Origin: Promethearchaeota archaeon
GTDB lineage: Archaea > Asgardarchaeota > Lokiarchaeia > Sigyniarchaeales > SOKP01
NCBI GenBank assembly: GCA_048938005.1
Contig: JBHLMQ010000013.1
Span: 1 to 64,000, forward strand
Direction of reading: 5' to 3'
DNA length: 64,000 nt
The notes below the pieces were generated by a model. It had not been told where the DNA came from and ran no database searches. It worked only from the letters and a program-made list of their open reading frames with translations. Numbering within the stretch: position 1 is the first letter of the stretch; every line of letters begins with the position of its first letter. This document shows, piece by piece, positions 38,044 through 48,299 of this stretch. Position numbers and translations under genes: made by a program.

Positions 38044-40331
38044 TCTCTATAAACTTCTTTAAAATTATCTGATATTTCAAATCTAGCATTATTGTGCCAA
38101 AATTTGAAATCTATTACATGAAAAAGTTCTCCCTTAAACAATTCTCTTTCCTCATTTGTTAAAATATGTTTTAAAGTTACCGTTAAAGGTCTTGGTACTA
38201 ATTTCGAAAAATATTTTAATTCCATATTTTTAATATAATTATAAAAAGTCTCATCCTCATCTAAATTAAAATAATTAATGGGAATTATTTTCTCTGTTTG
38301 AGGATTTAGATAATTCAACTCATTTTTAATATTATTCTTAACATACTTCGGGAATTCAATATTAATATCAATACTAAATTCATAATTCTTATAAAATTCA
38401 AGTAATAAACTTTTTTCTTCAGGATTAGGTATTTTGGCTATATACATGTCTAAAAAAGCCAGAAAATTTTCAATTTTTTGCTCATTTGATTCTCTCTCTT
38501 CAAAATATCCAATAAAATCATTGTATACCTCCGTTAATGTCCAAATTTTTTGTTCTTCTGGTTTAAGAAATTTCTTAGAATAATCTTTTATCCAATCTAG
38601 AATATAAAATTTCCACTCAAGGTTTATACCTCCTATTCTCTTTTCTAAAAATCTACGAAATCTATTCGCAAAAGTTACAGGATCACTGATTTCTTTATCA
38701 GGTTCCTCCTTAATATATCGATTTATTGTAGAATGTCGTAGAACATAGCTTAACAAATAACGGAGCTCTCTTGAAAATTTCTTAAATTTCTCAATATGTT
38801 CTCTTATTCTTTCAGTATTAGATTCCATCTGGATTTCTGCAAAAGAGATTAAATCATCTATTTTCAAATCTATTACGTTAAGGAAAATATCAATATTCTT
38901 ATCAACTATTAAAGTGAATTCTTTTATAAGTTCTGCTTCATCATATTTGAGATCCTTTTTTAATAGAATCGAGTGTGTTTCAATATGATTAAAAAGAAAT
39001 GCTTTAAATTTTCCAATTAATCTCTGTCCTAAAATTTTAGCCGGTTTTTGCTCCCTATTAAATTTCTCATTTAGGTTTTCAATTAATTTTATAGTTAATG
39101 TTTTTAATCTACGATAAGAAAGATATTTTGGAAGTGACCTCCTAATTAAATTTAGACTTTTTTTAATAATTTCAGAAAAATAATTGAAAACCGAAGTTAA
39201 TTCTATTATTCTCAAACTTTTTTCTTGCTTTATTGAATGTTTGATAAATTTTTTAGTTATTTTGAAAATTTCTTCAAAATTTTCATTTTCTAATTTTCCT
39301 TTATTTAAAATAAAATGTTCAAATTTGTATAATAATTCATCTATATCTCCTATTTCTCCTGTAATGAGAAAATTTCTAGAATATTCTAAAAATTTATTTA
39401 GAAATCTTTGTAAAACGACTAGTAATTTATCTATAGAGGAGATTAACCATTCTACTGTATGAGGTTCATCATATACTTGTATTTTTTTGCTAATATACTT
39501 AATTATAAAAACAACTATTTCATCTTGAGATTCATCTAATGTTCCTGTATTTGCCAAATTAATGAGATTAGTTCCTAAGTTTAAAGTCTTGTCAACAATG
39601 AAATTAGCACTTGGTTCAGATATTGAATATTTAAGATGTTCAATAGCTTGTTGTCCATCAAATGGAGTTTTCAGCTTTTGAAATTTAGAATTTAAAAAAT
39701 TTATCTCCATAGGTCTTTTATACCATAAAATTTCAACATTAGAGATAATTTTAGCATATGTACTTAACATTTCCTTTTCTGTTGGGAGAGTCCTGCTTAA
39801 ACCTATTAGTTTTCTGTTCCATTTTTCTTCTATTAGTTCTCCATAGAGTTTTTTACTAAATCTAGAGGCGAATTTGTTATACAACTGTTGTTTATTTTCT
39901 TTGTTTAATCCTGGGTGATTAGATAACTCTTCTACTTCAAAAAATAATTTACTTATATTATTCAATGATTCTCTAGATTTATGTATATCTAAAACTCCAG
40001 TTTCAGGTTTTAACGCAAGTAGCAAGCTTTCACAATCTTTAAATTTGCCTGGTATGAAAATCATTGATTTTGGGAAAATATTAATTCGAGCACTTTTTTC
40101 ATCAAAGTTGTATAAATCAAACTCTATACTAAACACTTCTGCTCCCGTATAATCCCGTAAAAAAGCATTATACATTGTTAGAAATCTAATAACTTCTTGT
40201 GAAAGCTCAATGACTTTTTTTCTTGTTAGCCTTCCAGGACCAATTACATCTCCAGCAATAACATCATTTGGAGAGGAATATCCAAATATCAATGAAAACT
40301 GGTAACTTATAGATTCGCGAGTTGTTATCAT
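38025..40331 (-). CDS. Large hypothetical protein
   Basis: 768 aa; alpha/beta N-terminus followed by a long helical region. Confidence 0.75.
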   Translation of the reverse strand: MITTRESISYQFSLIFGYSSPNDVIAGDVIGPGRLTRKKVIELSQEVIRFLTMYNAFLRDYTGAEVFSIEFDLYNFDEKSARINIFPKSMIFIPGKFKDCESLLLALKPETGVLDIHKSRESLNNISKLFFEVEELSNHPGLNKENKQQLYNKFASRFSKKLYGELIEEKWNRKLIGLSRTLPTEKEMLSTYAKIISNVEILWYKRPMEINFLNSKFQKLKTPFDGQQAIEHLKYSISEPSANFIVDKTLNLGTNLINLANTGTLDESQDEIVVFIIKYISKKIQVYDEPHTVEWLISSIDKLLVVLQRFLNKFLEYSRNFLITGEIGDIDELLYKFEHFILNKGKLENENFEEIFKITKKFIKHSIKQEKSLRIIELTSVFNYFSEIIKKSLNLIRRSLPKYLSYRRLKTLTIKLIENLNEKFNREQKPAKILGQRLIGKFKAFLFNHIETHSILLKKDLKYDEAELIKEFTLIVDKNIDIFLNVIDLKIDDLISFAEIQMESNTERIREHIEKFKKFSRELRYLLSYVLRHSTINRYIKEEPDKEISDPVTFANRFRRFLEKRIGGINLEWKFYILDWIKDYSKKFLKPEEQKIWTLTEVYNDFIGYFEERESNEQKIENFLAFLDMYIAKIPNPEEKSLLLEFYKNYEFSIDINIEFPKYVKNNIKNELNYLNPQTEKIIPINYFNLDEDETFYNYIKNMELKYFSKLVPRPLTVTLKHILTNEERELFKGELFHVIDFKFWHNNARFEISDNFKEVYREWVKEL

Positions 40332-40655
40332 AATTTAATTCCATTAACCAGTAGTAATTCTTAAATCAAGATATTATAAATATTAAATGTTCAGGCAAAT
40401 ACCTAAAATAAAAAATCAAAGGTTGTTTTAAATATTTTTAAGTTTATAAAGTATTAAAATTTACTTTTGAATAGTAAATAAAGTACACCTATAAAAATAT
40501 TATAGTAGAAATAAGAGAGTAAGATAATGAATTTAAAAGTCTTGATTTATTAATCGCACTCTATAAAGATTATTTAATTTTTTAAAATAAAAATATAATA
40601 AGAGAAAAACTATATTAATAATAATAAAAACTTAAAGCATTCAAGGTGTTGGCTT

Positions 40656-41060
40656 ATACAATTTGGGTCTGATTTAGGAATTAATCAAGAGGATATTGAA
40701 AAAATTAGCCCTCAAATTACTTTTATAACCTCTAATGCAGATATAGAAGCTATAGCACTTGTAAGTTTTGAAGGGTATCAAATAGCTTTTTCAGCTTTAC
40801 CACAATATCATGTTGATGGAGATCAATTTTGCGGACTTGCGAGTGCACTATTAATGACAGGAAGATCAACTATTCAGACTTTATTTCAGGAAGATTTGAG
40901 TGAAATCATAGTTCGGGCACAAGATGGCTATATCGTAATTACTAATGCGGGGCGACTAGTGATTGTCTGTGCAGGAACAATAATTGATACACTTATGAAG
41001 ACAGTAAAAGTTATGCGCATTGCAGCAAAGAATCTTTATAAAATTTTCGAAAATCGCTAA
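40656..41060 (+). CDS. Roadblock/LC7 protein (134 aa from ATA 40656; ORF track lists only the C-terminal 68 aa)
   Basis: In-frame DIEAIALVSFEGYQIAFSAL...FCGLASALLMTGRS...EIIVRAQDGYIVITNAG; AAGGTG ends 7 nt before the ATA. Confidence 0.85.
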   Translation: MQFGSDLGINQEDIEKISPQITFITSNADIEAIALVSFEGYQIAFSALPQYHVDGDQFCGLASALLMTGRSTIQTLFQEDLSEIIVRAQDGYIVITNAGRLVIVCAGTIIDTLMKTVKVMRIAAKNLYKIFENR

Positions 41061-41249
41061 AAAATGTTCTCTTTTTACTCACTCTTTTAGAGACAATCTT
41101 ATTTTACTTAATTTTCTTTCAAGAGTCTAGAATTTTTAAGCTCAAAAGTGAACATATTTTTCAACAAGTTTTAAAAAATTTCCATAAGTTTTTATTTATA
41201 GATGTATAAACAAGATTTAAAAATACATGATTGATTTTTTTTGACAATT

Positions 41250-41300
41250 ATGGCAACTGTAAGAAGTATTACTTGGCAGTGGCCTTGGCGTTGGCAATAG
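41250..41300 (+). CDS. Trp-rich leader peptide MATVRSITWQWPWRWQ
   Basis: 16 codons with TGG at 41274, 41280, 41286 and 41292; TATA-like TTTAAAAA at 41216-41223; lies upstream of trpB2. Confidence 0.8.
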   Translation: MATVRSITWQWPWRWQ

Positions 41301-41339
41301 AGTCAACTACAATGGATTTTACTTAAAATTGTTTTTTCA

Positions 41340-41377
41340 TTTTAATATTTCTTCTCAAAATATTAAAAACTCTTTTT
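41340..41377 (+). terminator. Candidate attenuator hairpin plus U-tract
   Basis: TTTTAATATTT-cttctca-AAATATTAAAA followed by ACTCTTTTT; another T6 tract at 41332-41337. Confidence 0.4.
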
Positions 41378-41419
41378 AAATGCGCATTATCTATATTGAT
41401 TTCCAATATCTAAATGATA

Positions 41420-41435
41420 CACATCTTAAGATGTG
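41420..41435. promoter_or_regulatory. Perfect 16-bp palindrome upstream of trpB2
   Basis: CACATCTTAAGATGTG. Confidence 0.45.
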
Positions 41436-41450
41436 AAAAAATGAATATAA

Positions 41451-42866
41451 GTGGTAATTAAAATGGTGGATTACTTTAATAGTAGAATTTTTTTACAACC
41501 AAATGAAATTCCAAAAGAATGGGTAAATATTTTACCAGATTTACCCTCTCCTATGACACCCTTAATCAATCCGATGGATGGGAAACCCGCTTCCCCAGAA
41601 ATGGCATTTGCTATATTTCCTAAAGAATGTGTAATGCAAGAAGTTTCTCAAGAATCTAATATACCCATTCCTAATGAATTAAGAGAAATTTTTGCGAGCA
41701 CGTATCGCCCTAGTCCTCTCCATCGTGCTTTAGCTTTAGAAAAAGAATTAGGTATAGAAGGTGATGAAATTAAAATTTTTTATAAAAATGAATCTTTATC
41801 TCCTACTGGTTCGCACAAACCTAATACTGCTATTGCCCAAGCATATTATGCAAAGAAGGAAGGAACAGAAGAACTAGTCACCGAAACAGGTGCAGGACAA
41901 TGGGGTTCAGGCTTAGCATATGGATGCAATCTATTTAAACTTAAATGCACTGTGTATATGGTAAGAGCAAGCTTTTTACAAAAACCAGGCAGAAAAATTT
42001 TAATGAGATCTTTTAATGCTGATGTTCATGCAAGTCCTTCGAAGCTCACTGAATCTGGAAAAAAATTTTTAGAAAAGGATCCAGGGCATCCAGGTAGTTT
42101 AGGAATTTCCATATCTGAAGCATTAGAGCATAGTATGAGAAGTGATAAAATAAAATATTCTCTAGGAAGTGTAGTTAATTTTGTACTTTTACACCAAACC
42201 ATTGTAGGACAGGAAGCTAAAATTCAATTAGCGAAAGTAGATATTGAAAAGCCAGATATAATAATTGGGTGCATGGGAGGCGGTTCAAATTTTTCAGGTT
42301 TGATGATTCCATTTGTCAGAGATAAACTCCGCGGAATAAGTCCAGATATAGAAATAATTGGTGTGGAACCTCGAGCATGTCCAAGTGTATGTAAAGGAGA
42401 GTATAGATGGGATTTTGGGGATACATCGATGAAGGGACCTATAGTAAAGATGCATACTTTAGGACATACTTTCATCCCAAGCCCAATTCATGCAGGAGGA
42501 TTAAGATACCATGGAATTGCTCCTATTATTTCAATATTATACAACAATCGAATTATCAATGCTACTATGCATCATCAAACTGAAGTTATTAAAGCAGGTA
42601 TTCAATTTGCAAATGCTGAAGGAATACTTCCTGCCCCAGAAACCGCTCATGCTGTAAAAGAAGCTATTGATCAAGCATTGAAAGCTAAAGAGGATAATGA
42701 AAAGAAAGTTATCTTGTTCAATTTTAGTGGTCATGGATTTTTTGATTTATTAGCTTATAAAAAATATATGACAGGAGAATTAATGGAATATGAATTACCA
42801 ACAGAAGAAATCCAAAAAGCTTTAGCGTCAGAAGAGATGCCTATAATTGATGAATCTCAATTTTAA
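41451..42866 (+). CDS. trpB2: Tryptophan synthase beta chain, TrpB2 type (likely start ATG 41463)
   Basis: SPTGSHKPNTA (PLP Lys), TETGAGQWG, GCMGGGSNF, IHAGGLRYHG, PAPETAHA, FSGHG. Confidence 0.96.
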   Translation: MVIKMVDYFNSRIFLQPNEIPKEWVNILPDLPSPMTPLINPMDGKPASPEMAFAIFPKECVMQEVSQESNIPIPNELREIFASTYRPSPLHRALALEKELGIEGDEIKIFYKNESLSPTGSHKPNTAIAQAYYAKKEGTEELVTETGAGQWGSGLAYGCNLFKLKCTVYMVRASFLQKPGRKILMRSFNADVHASPSKLTESGKKFLEKDPGHPGSLGISISEALEHSMRSDKIKYSLGSVVNFVLLHQTIVGQEAKIQLAKVDIEKPDIIIGCMGGGSNFSGLMIPFVRDKLRGISPDIEIIGVEPRACPSVCKGEYRWDFGDTSMKGPIVKMHTLGHTFIPSPIHAGGLRYHGIAPIISILYNNRIINATMHHQTEVIKAGIQFANAEGILPAPETAHAVKEAIDQALKAKEDNEKKVILFNFSGHGFFDLLAYKKYMTGELMEYELPTEEIQKALASEEMPIIDESQF

Positions 42867-42976
42867 ATAATAATTATTATTTCTTTTTTTTTTTATATTT
42901 TATACCTTTAATGTTCAAGAAAATATTAAAACAAAAGAAACCTTTAAATATTAAAATTTCATGAGTTTGACCGTTA

Positions 42977-43960
42977 TTGAATATTTTTTCGATAATTATT
43001 ATATGCTCTTTCTATTTTTATGGATTGATTCTTTTATATATCACTTATTTAGCAAGGAGAAATAGAGAAAAAAGTGCGTTTATAAATAATTTAACAAATA
43101 GTTTAGTTCTAATAATTTCTATTACGACTAACCTCATTCTGATAAACTACTTAAATCTCTCAAATAAAGAATTTATATTATTTCCTTTTAATATTTTAAT
43201 GATCAGCTTTATTGTTTTATTTTTTCCCTTATTCTATTTATTTATTTCTCGAGAGAAACATAAAATAAAAAAAAGGGAAAAAAAGAGTAATAAGATTGGA
43301 CTTCAATCATTTACAGAACTACCCCTTAAATACGATATATATAGAAAAATAACTCACCTAGTTGTATTAGGAATAGTATTTATTTATTTTATTTTTGGAT
43401 TTTTAAATCATAATTTAGTTGTCTTTTTAGTAGGTATTTCATTGATTGGTTTATTAACTGCTGAAATAGTAAGAATTTTAAAACCTGAGATCTATCCTTT
43501 AAAACCAATCAATCAATTATTACGAGAAAAAGAATTACATATGAGAGTGGGACCTCATATATCTTTGAGTATTGGATGTTTCTCTGTAATTATAATATAC
43601 GGTCTAATTCAACCGAGTGGGCCTATAATAATCTGTTCTTCAATGGTAATGTCTATTTTTGGAGACATTGCATCTAATTTGATAGGTCGAACAATAGGAA
43701 GTAAACAAATAAGAAATACAAAAAAGACATATGAGGGATTACTTGCTGGAATCATCGTTGCTTTTTTCTCAGGAATAACAATCTTATTTTTTCTAAAAGA
43801 TTTTTATAAATTCAATATCTCAGTATTATTTTTAATTCCTTTTATAGGCGCAATGCTTATAGGCATATTGGATTATCTAGACTTAGAGATCGATGATAAT
43901 TTGTCTTATAATTTCTGTTTATCAACAGTATTATTTTTTATTTCAGCTTCTTTACTATAA
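42977..43960 (+). CDS. CTP-dependent lipid kinase (dolichol/phytol kinase family)
   Basis: RKITH, GDIASNLIGR, KKTYEG, IDDNL; multi-TM. Confidence 0.85.
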   Translation: MNIFSIIIICSFYFYGLILLYITYLARRNREKSAFINNLTNSLVLIISITTNLILINYLNLSNKEFILFPFNILMISFIVLFFPLFYLFISREKHKIKKREKKSNKIGLQSFTELPLKYDIYRKITHLVVLGIVFIYFIFGFLNHNLVVFLVGISLIGLLTAEIVRILKPEIYPLKPINQLLREKELHMRVGPHISLSIGCFSVIIIYGLIQPSGPIIICSSMVMSIFGDIASNLIGRTIGSKQIRNTKKTYEGLLAGIIVAFFSGITILFFLKDFYKFNISVLFLIPFIGAMLIGILDYLDLEIDDNLSYNFCLSTVLFFISASLL

Positions 43961-44017
43961 AATAATTTTTTTCCTGTTTAATTAACATAAATTTTTTCAA
44001 TCAAGGTATTTTTTTTT

Positions 44018-44530
44018 ATGAAAATGTTAGAAGAAAAATTAAAAATTGATAAAATTTCTAAAGGGACTGTTATTGATCACATTGATGCAGGATATGCTTT
44101 AACCATTCTTAATCTTACCGGTATTGATGAATCCAAAAATTTAATGACAATAGGAGTTAATGTTTCATCAAAGAAATATCAAACGAAAGACATTATTAAA
44201 ATTGAGAACGTTTTCTTAAATGAAACTCAAATGCAACAGATATCTATACTTTCCCCAAATGCTACAATTTCTTTAATTGAAAATTATAAAGTAATTGAAA
44301 AAAAAAAGGTAAAACTTCCACAGATAATTAAAAAATTGATATTATGTGTTAATCAGACATGTATTTCAAATTCAGAAAAAGAACCTATCGAGTCTGAATT
44401 TCTAGTCTTAGAAGAAAAGCCCCTGAAAATACAATGTGTTTATTGTGAACGTATATACAAATTGGAAGAAATTATTTTTACCTCAAAAGAAAAGAAAGAG
44501 AAGAAAGTAATACAACGAATACAATTATAA
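44018..44530 (+). CDS. pyrI: Aspartate carbamoyltransferase regulatory chain
   Basis: GTVIDHI, KDIIKIE, CVNQTC...CVYCE. Confidence 0.95.
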   Translation: MKMLEEKLKIDKISKGTVIDHIDAGYALTILNLTGIDESKNLMTIGVNVSSKKYQTKDIIKIENVFLNETQMQQISILSPNATISLIENYKVIEKKKVKLPQIIKKLILCVNQTCISNSEKEPIESEFLVLEEKPLKIQCVYCERIYKLEEIIFTSKEKKEKKVIQRIQL

Positions 44531-44547
44531 ATAGAAATTCGTTTATC

Positions 44548-44988
44548 CTATAGAAAGAGCTCGAGAATTGACGAGAAACCAGGGATATAAAAAAGCAGAG
44601 TATGAAGGAAAATACCTACAATCATAAATAAGAAGAAAAAAATACCTATACCTGGTAAAATAATATTTTTCCAATTCCATTCTTCTTTATCATAATCATA
44701 TTTTAATATAACAAAACTCACAACAAAAGGAAATAGAAACCACCAGAACAGCATCCATAACAATAAAAACCAACCTATTAGCCCGAAAATAAGTCTTCCT
44801 ACAAGTGCACTCAGTGCTCCTGTAAGTGCACGAATCCAATACATCTTTGTTTCCTTTTCTAGCCGAAGATCTAAAGTTTTTGATGGTCTTTTTTCAATTT
44901 GAATAGACTTTACTTGTAGTTCTTTCTTCTTCTGTTTTATTAATCTTTGTCTTCTTTTTTTAATATCCACCTTCTTGCGCTTTCCCAT
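44548..44988 (-). CDS. EMC6/Rab5ip(OPTI)-like three-TM protein
   Basis: KMYWIRALTGALSALVG...GLIGW; three TM helices; basic N-terminus. Confidence 0.55.
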   Translation of the reverse strand: MGKRKKVDIKKRRQRLIKQKKKELQVKSIQIEKRPSKTLDLRLEKETKMYWIRALTGALSALVGRLIFGLIGWFLLLWMLFWWFLFPFVVSFVILKYDYDKEEWNWKNIILPGIGIFFFLFMIVGIFLHTLLFYIPGFSSILELFL

Positions 44989-45059
44989 GATTATTATTAT
45001 AAATATTATTTATTATAAAAATCATTATATATATTGACAAACTAAAAATCGAATATAAA

Positions 45060-47117
45060 ATGATTAAAGCGGCTAGTGAATTCTCTAATTTTGACGTCTT
45101 CGCTATTGTTAAAGAATTAGATTCGATCCTGAATAATGGTACAATTCTAAATATCTACGATATTGAAGATTTATTGATAATAAAAGTCAATACTAGTTTT
45201 GGAAAGAAAAATTTAATAATTAAGAAAGATTCTCGGATTAATTTAACTGAATATGATTATCCTATTCCAAATTATCCCAGTCAATATATTAGATCTCTAC
45301 GAAAATTATTAAAAAATCGAAGAATATTAAAAATTTCCCAACACCAATTTGATAGAATTATTATAATCGAATTAAGTAATAAAGATAACCAACCTTGGAA
45401 ATTTGTTATAGAATTATTTAATAAGGGAAATTTCTTACTGTTAGATGAAAAAAATGTCATACAAATTGCCAAAAAATACAGAAAATTTAGAGATAGAGAA
45501 CTTCTCGCAAAAAGAGAGTATATGTTTCCCAAATCTCAGGGAAGTAATTTTTTAACAATAAATAAAAAAGAATTTAAAGAATTATTTGAAAATTCAGATG
45601 TAGAAATTGTTCGAGATCTATCTAGAAAGATTCATATTTCTGGTTTATATAGTGAAGAAATATGTTATAGAGCAGATATTAATAAAAATGCTTACGGAAA
45701 GATCCTTAGTGTTGATGAATATCAACAATTATATGAATCTTTCAAAAATTTAAGAAATCAATTACTATTTGGTCATATTAATGCACAAATTGTGTTTGAT
45801 CAAAACGGGAATCAACTTTCTGTACTTCCTTTTGAAATTGATATTCTAAAAAATTATGATAAAAAAAAATTTAATTCATTTAATAAAGCAGTTGATGAAT
45901 ATTTTTCAAAAATCGATTCTGATGCTCTGAAGAGTCCAAGTGATCAAAAAATTGATGATCAAATAAAAACACAGGAGAAAATATTAAAAAATCAAAAAGA
46001 ATACCTTGAAGAGCTGAAAAGTAAAAAAGAGAATTATTATAAAATTGGAGATCTAATATATACTAAACTAAATTCATTAGAAAAATTAAGATCTGTAATT
46101 TTAGAAGCAAAGGAAAAAAAGTATAAATGGGAAGAAATAAATAAAGAATTAGAAAAAGCAAAAATGAAAAATCTAAATGGAACTGAATTATTCGTAAAAA
46201 TTATTACTTCAACTAATCAACTCTTAATAAAAATCAATGGTAACGAGGTTTATTTAGATTTAAAGAAAAGTGTTGGACAAAATGCTAATTCTATATATAC
46301 TAAAGGAAAAAAAGCTGAAAAAAAAATAAGTGGAACAATTATCGCAATTGCTAAAACTGAAGAAAATATTGATAGATTAAAACTTAAGAAAGAATCAATG
46401 GAAACCGAGGTTGATTTTTTAATAAAAAAGCCAAAGAAAAAATGGTATGAGAAATTCAGATGGTTTATTTCTTCCGATGGATTTTTAGTTATTGGAGGTA
46501 GAGATGCTAGCTCGAATGAAATAATTTTTTCAAAATATTTAAAATCACATGACTTAGTTCTACATACCAATTTTCCAGGTTCACCCTTAACCATAATAAA
46601 GAATCTTGAAAATAAGAAAATTCCAGAAGGTACTATACAAGCAGCAGCTGATTTTGTTGCAAGTTACTCTAGAGCATGGAAAGAAAATTGGGGGATAGTT
46701 GATGTTTTTTATGTAATGCCTGAACAAGTATCTAAAAATCCCCCCTCAGGAGAATTTTTACCAAAAGGATCATTTATGATATCTGGTAAGAAAAATTTTA
46801 TTAAAAATGCAAAAACAGAACTTGCAATAGGTTTGAATTTAATAGAAATAGAAAATGAAAGTATTAATGGCGTTAAAGTCAACTATCCTAAAATAATTTG
46901 TGGTCCTAAACGAGTAATAGAAAATCAATCTGAAAAGATATTGATAATAAAACCATCGAAAAAGGGATTAAGCAAAGGGAAATTAGCTAAAGAAATAAAA
47001 ACCTATTTCCTCAAAAATACAGATAGGGAATTAAAGAAATGGGTGAAATTATTATCTCTTGATGAGATTATTTTATTCCTTCCCAATGGGTTTTCTAAAA
47101 TTGAACTACCCAATTAA
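45060..47117 (+). CDS. rqc2: Ribosome quality control factor Rqc2/NEMF (NFACT)
   Basis: FDRII, IELFNKGN, WYEKFRWF, GGRDASSNE, PSGEFLPKGSFMI. Confidence 0.93.
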   Translation: MIKAASEFSNFDVFAIVKELDSILNNGTILNIYDIEDLLIIKVNTSFGKKNLIIKKDSRINLTEYDYPIPNYPSQYIRSLRKLLKNRRILKISQHQFDRIIIIELSNKDNQPWKFVIELFNKGNFLLLDEKNVIQIAKKYRKFRDRELLAKREYMFPKSQGSNFLTINKKEFKELFENSDVEIVRDLSRKIHISGLYSEEICYRADINKNAYGKILSVDEYQQLYESFKNLRNQLLFGHINAQIVFDQNGNQLSVLPFEIDILKNYDKKKFNSFNKAVDEYFSKIDSDALKSPSDQKIDDQIKTQEKILKNQKEYLEELKSKKENYYKIGDLIYTKLNSLEKLRSVILEAKEKKYKWEEINKELEKAKMKNLNGTELFVKIITSTNQLLIKINGNEVYLDLKKSVGQNANSIYTKGKKAEKKISGTIIAIAKTEENIDRLKLKKESMETEVDFLIKKPKKKWYEKFRWFISSDGFLVIGGRDASSNEIIFSKYLKSHDLVLHTNFPGSPLTIIKNLENKKIPEGTIQAAADFVASYSRAWKENWGIVDVFYVMPEQVSKNPPSGEFLPKGSFMISGKKNFIKNAKTELAIGLNLIEIENESINGVKVNYPKIICGPKRVIENQSEKILIIKPSKKGLSKGKLAKEIKTYFLKNTDRELKKWVKLLSLDEIILFLPNGFSKIELPN

Positions 47118-47857
47118 TTTTTACTCAATATCTTTTTTATTTTGGGAATATTTTTATGATTATCAAATAGTATTCCATCAATCTGTAATTGGATGAGGCT
47201 TTTTATCTTTTCAATTGGGTTCTCATAATCAATAAAATCCCATGAAAGGGCAAACACATCATTTTTATGACAGATTTCTATGAACTCTTTAGTAATTAAG
47301 TTTGATCTTAAGCTGATCATGTCGATTTTAAAAGGGAGGCTTTTTCGGCGCCCTAATTTAAGAAAATCTACTAATTTTAATCCAATTCCTTTTGTTATGT
47401 TATAACATATTTTACTTTCAGGAAATCTTTTTTTCATCTCTTTTAAATCATCTAGTCGCCGACAACTAAAAATACATTCATTTATTAACTTTTTTTTTTT
47501 AACGAAATTACAAATATCTTCTCTTACATTCGTTCCTTTTAATTCTATCATGAATTTTACTCTACCTATAAACCTTTCTAGTACATCTGATAAGCTTGGT
47601 ATTTGTTCTTTTTTAATTCTTGTTTTAAAATTTCTAATTTCTGCAAAAGAACAATCTTTCACTAAACCATGACCATTTGTAGTTCTGTCTAATGATGAAT
47701 CATGTAAAATAATAAGCTGTCTATCTTTAGTTCTATGAATATCGAATTCTATATATTCTGCACCAAAATTTACAGCCTCTTCAAATGCACCAATTGTATT
47801 TTCATCAAAATTAGTTCTAGTCCCTCTATGTCCAATATAAAAAAATTCTGGGCTCAT
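47114..47857 (-). CDS. Glycerophosphodiester phosphodiesterase
   Basis: GHRG, ENT, IEFDIH, HDSSLDRTT, IELK. Confidence 0.92.
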   Translation of the reverse strand: MSPEFFYIGHRGTRTNFDENTIGAFEEAVNFGAEYIEFDIHRTKDRQLIILHDSSLDRTTNGHGLVKDCSFAEIRNFKTRIKKEQIPSLSDVLERFIGRVKFMIELKGTNVREDICNFVKKKKLINECIFSCRRLDDLKEMKKRFPESKICYNITKGIGLKLVDFLKLGRRKSLPFKIDMISLRSNLITKEFIEICHKNDVFALSWDFIDYENPIEKIKSLIQLQIDGILFDNHKNIPKIKKILSKN

Positions 47858-47881
47858 TTCAAAATTATAATAGATTCTCTT

Positions 47882-48298
47882 TTACAGCTCTTGAACAATA
47901 TATAAGTAGATTAAAATGATAATAAGTCCCAAAAGAGTAAAAATAAAAACCCAAGGATTTAGGATTGTTTGCCCTATTGAAAAGCCAATAAGTAAAAATA
48001 ATTCTTTCCAATCTAATGGTTTGCCAATTAATTCTTTATAATTAGCGAGACTCGTAATCATAAACAAAAAAAACAAAAGGATCACGATTACTTTAACTAA
48101 CACATCAAAAAATGCCCATAACATACTCTGATTCAAAAAAATAGTTATTATTTCAAGATTAAATAAGAGTGAAATTATATAAAAAACACCTCCTAAAATA
48201 GCAGATATTATTACCGATCTATAGGCAAATTTTTCATCGGATCTATATTTCTTCCTCTTTTTTAGCTCCTTTTCTGGTTCTTTCGGAAATTTTGACAT
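47882..48298 (-). CDS. Hypothetical membrane protein
   Basis: About four TM segments. Confidence 0.7.
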   Translation of the reverse strand: MSKFPKEPEKELKKRKKYRSDEKFAYRSVIISAILGGVFYIISLLFNLEIITIFLNQSMLWAFFDVLVKVIVILLFFLFMITSLANYKELIGKPLDWKELFLLIGFSIGQTILNPWVFIFTLLGLIIILIYLYIVQEL

Positions 48299-48299
48299 T

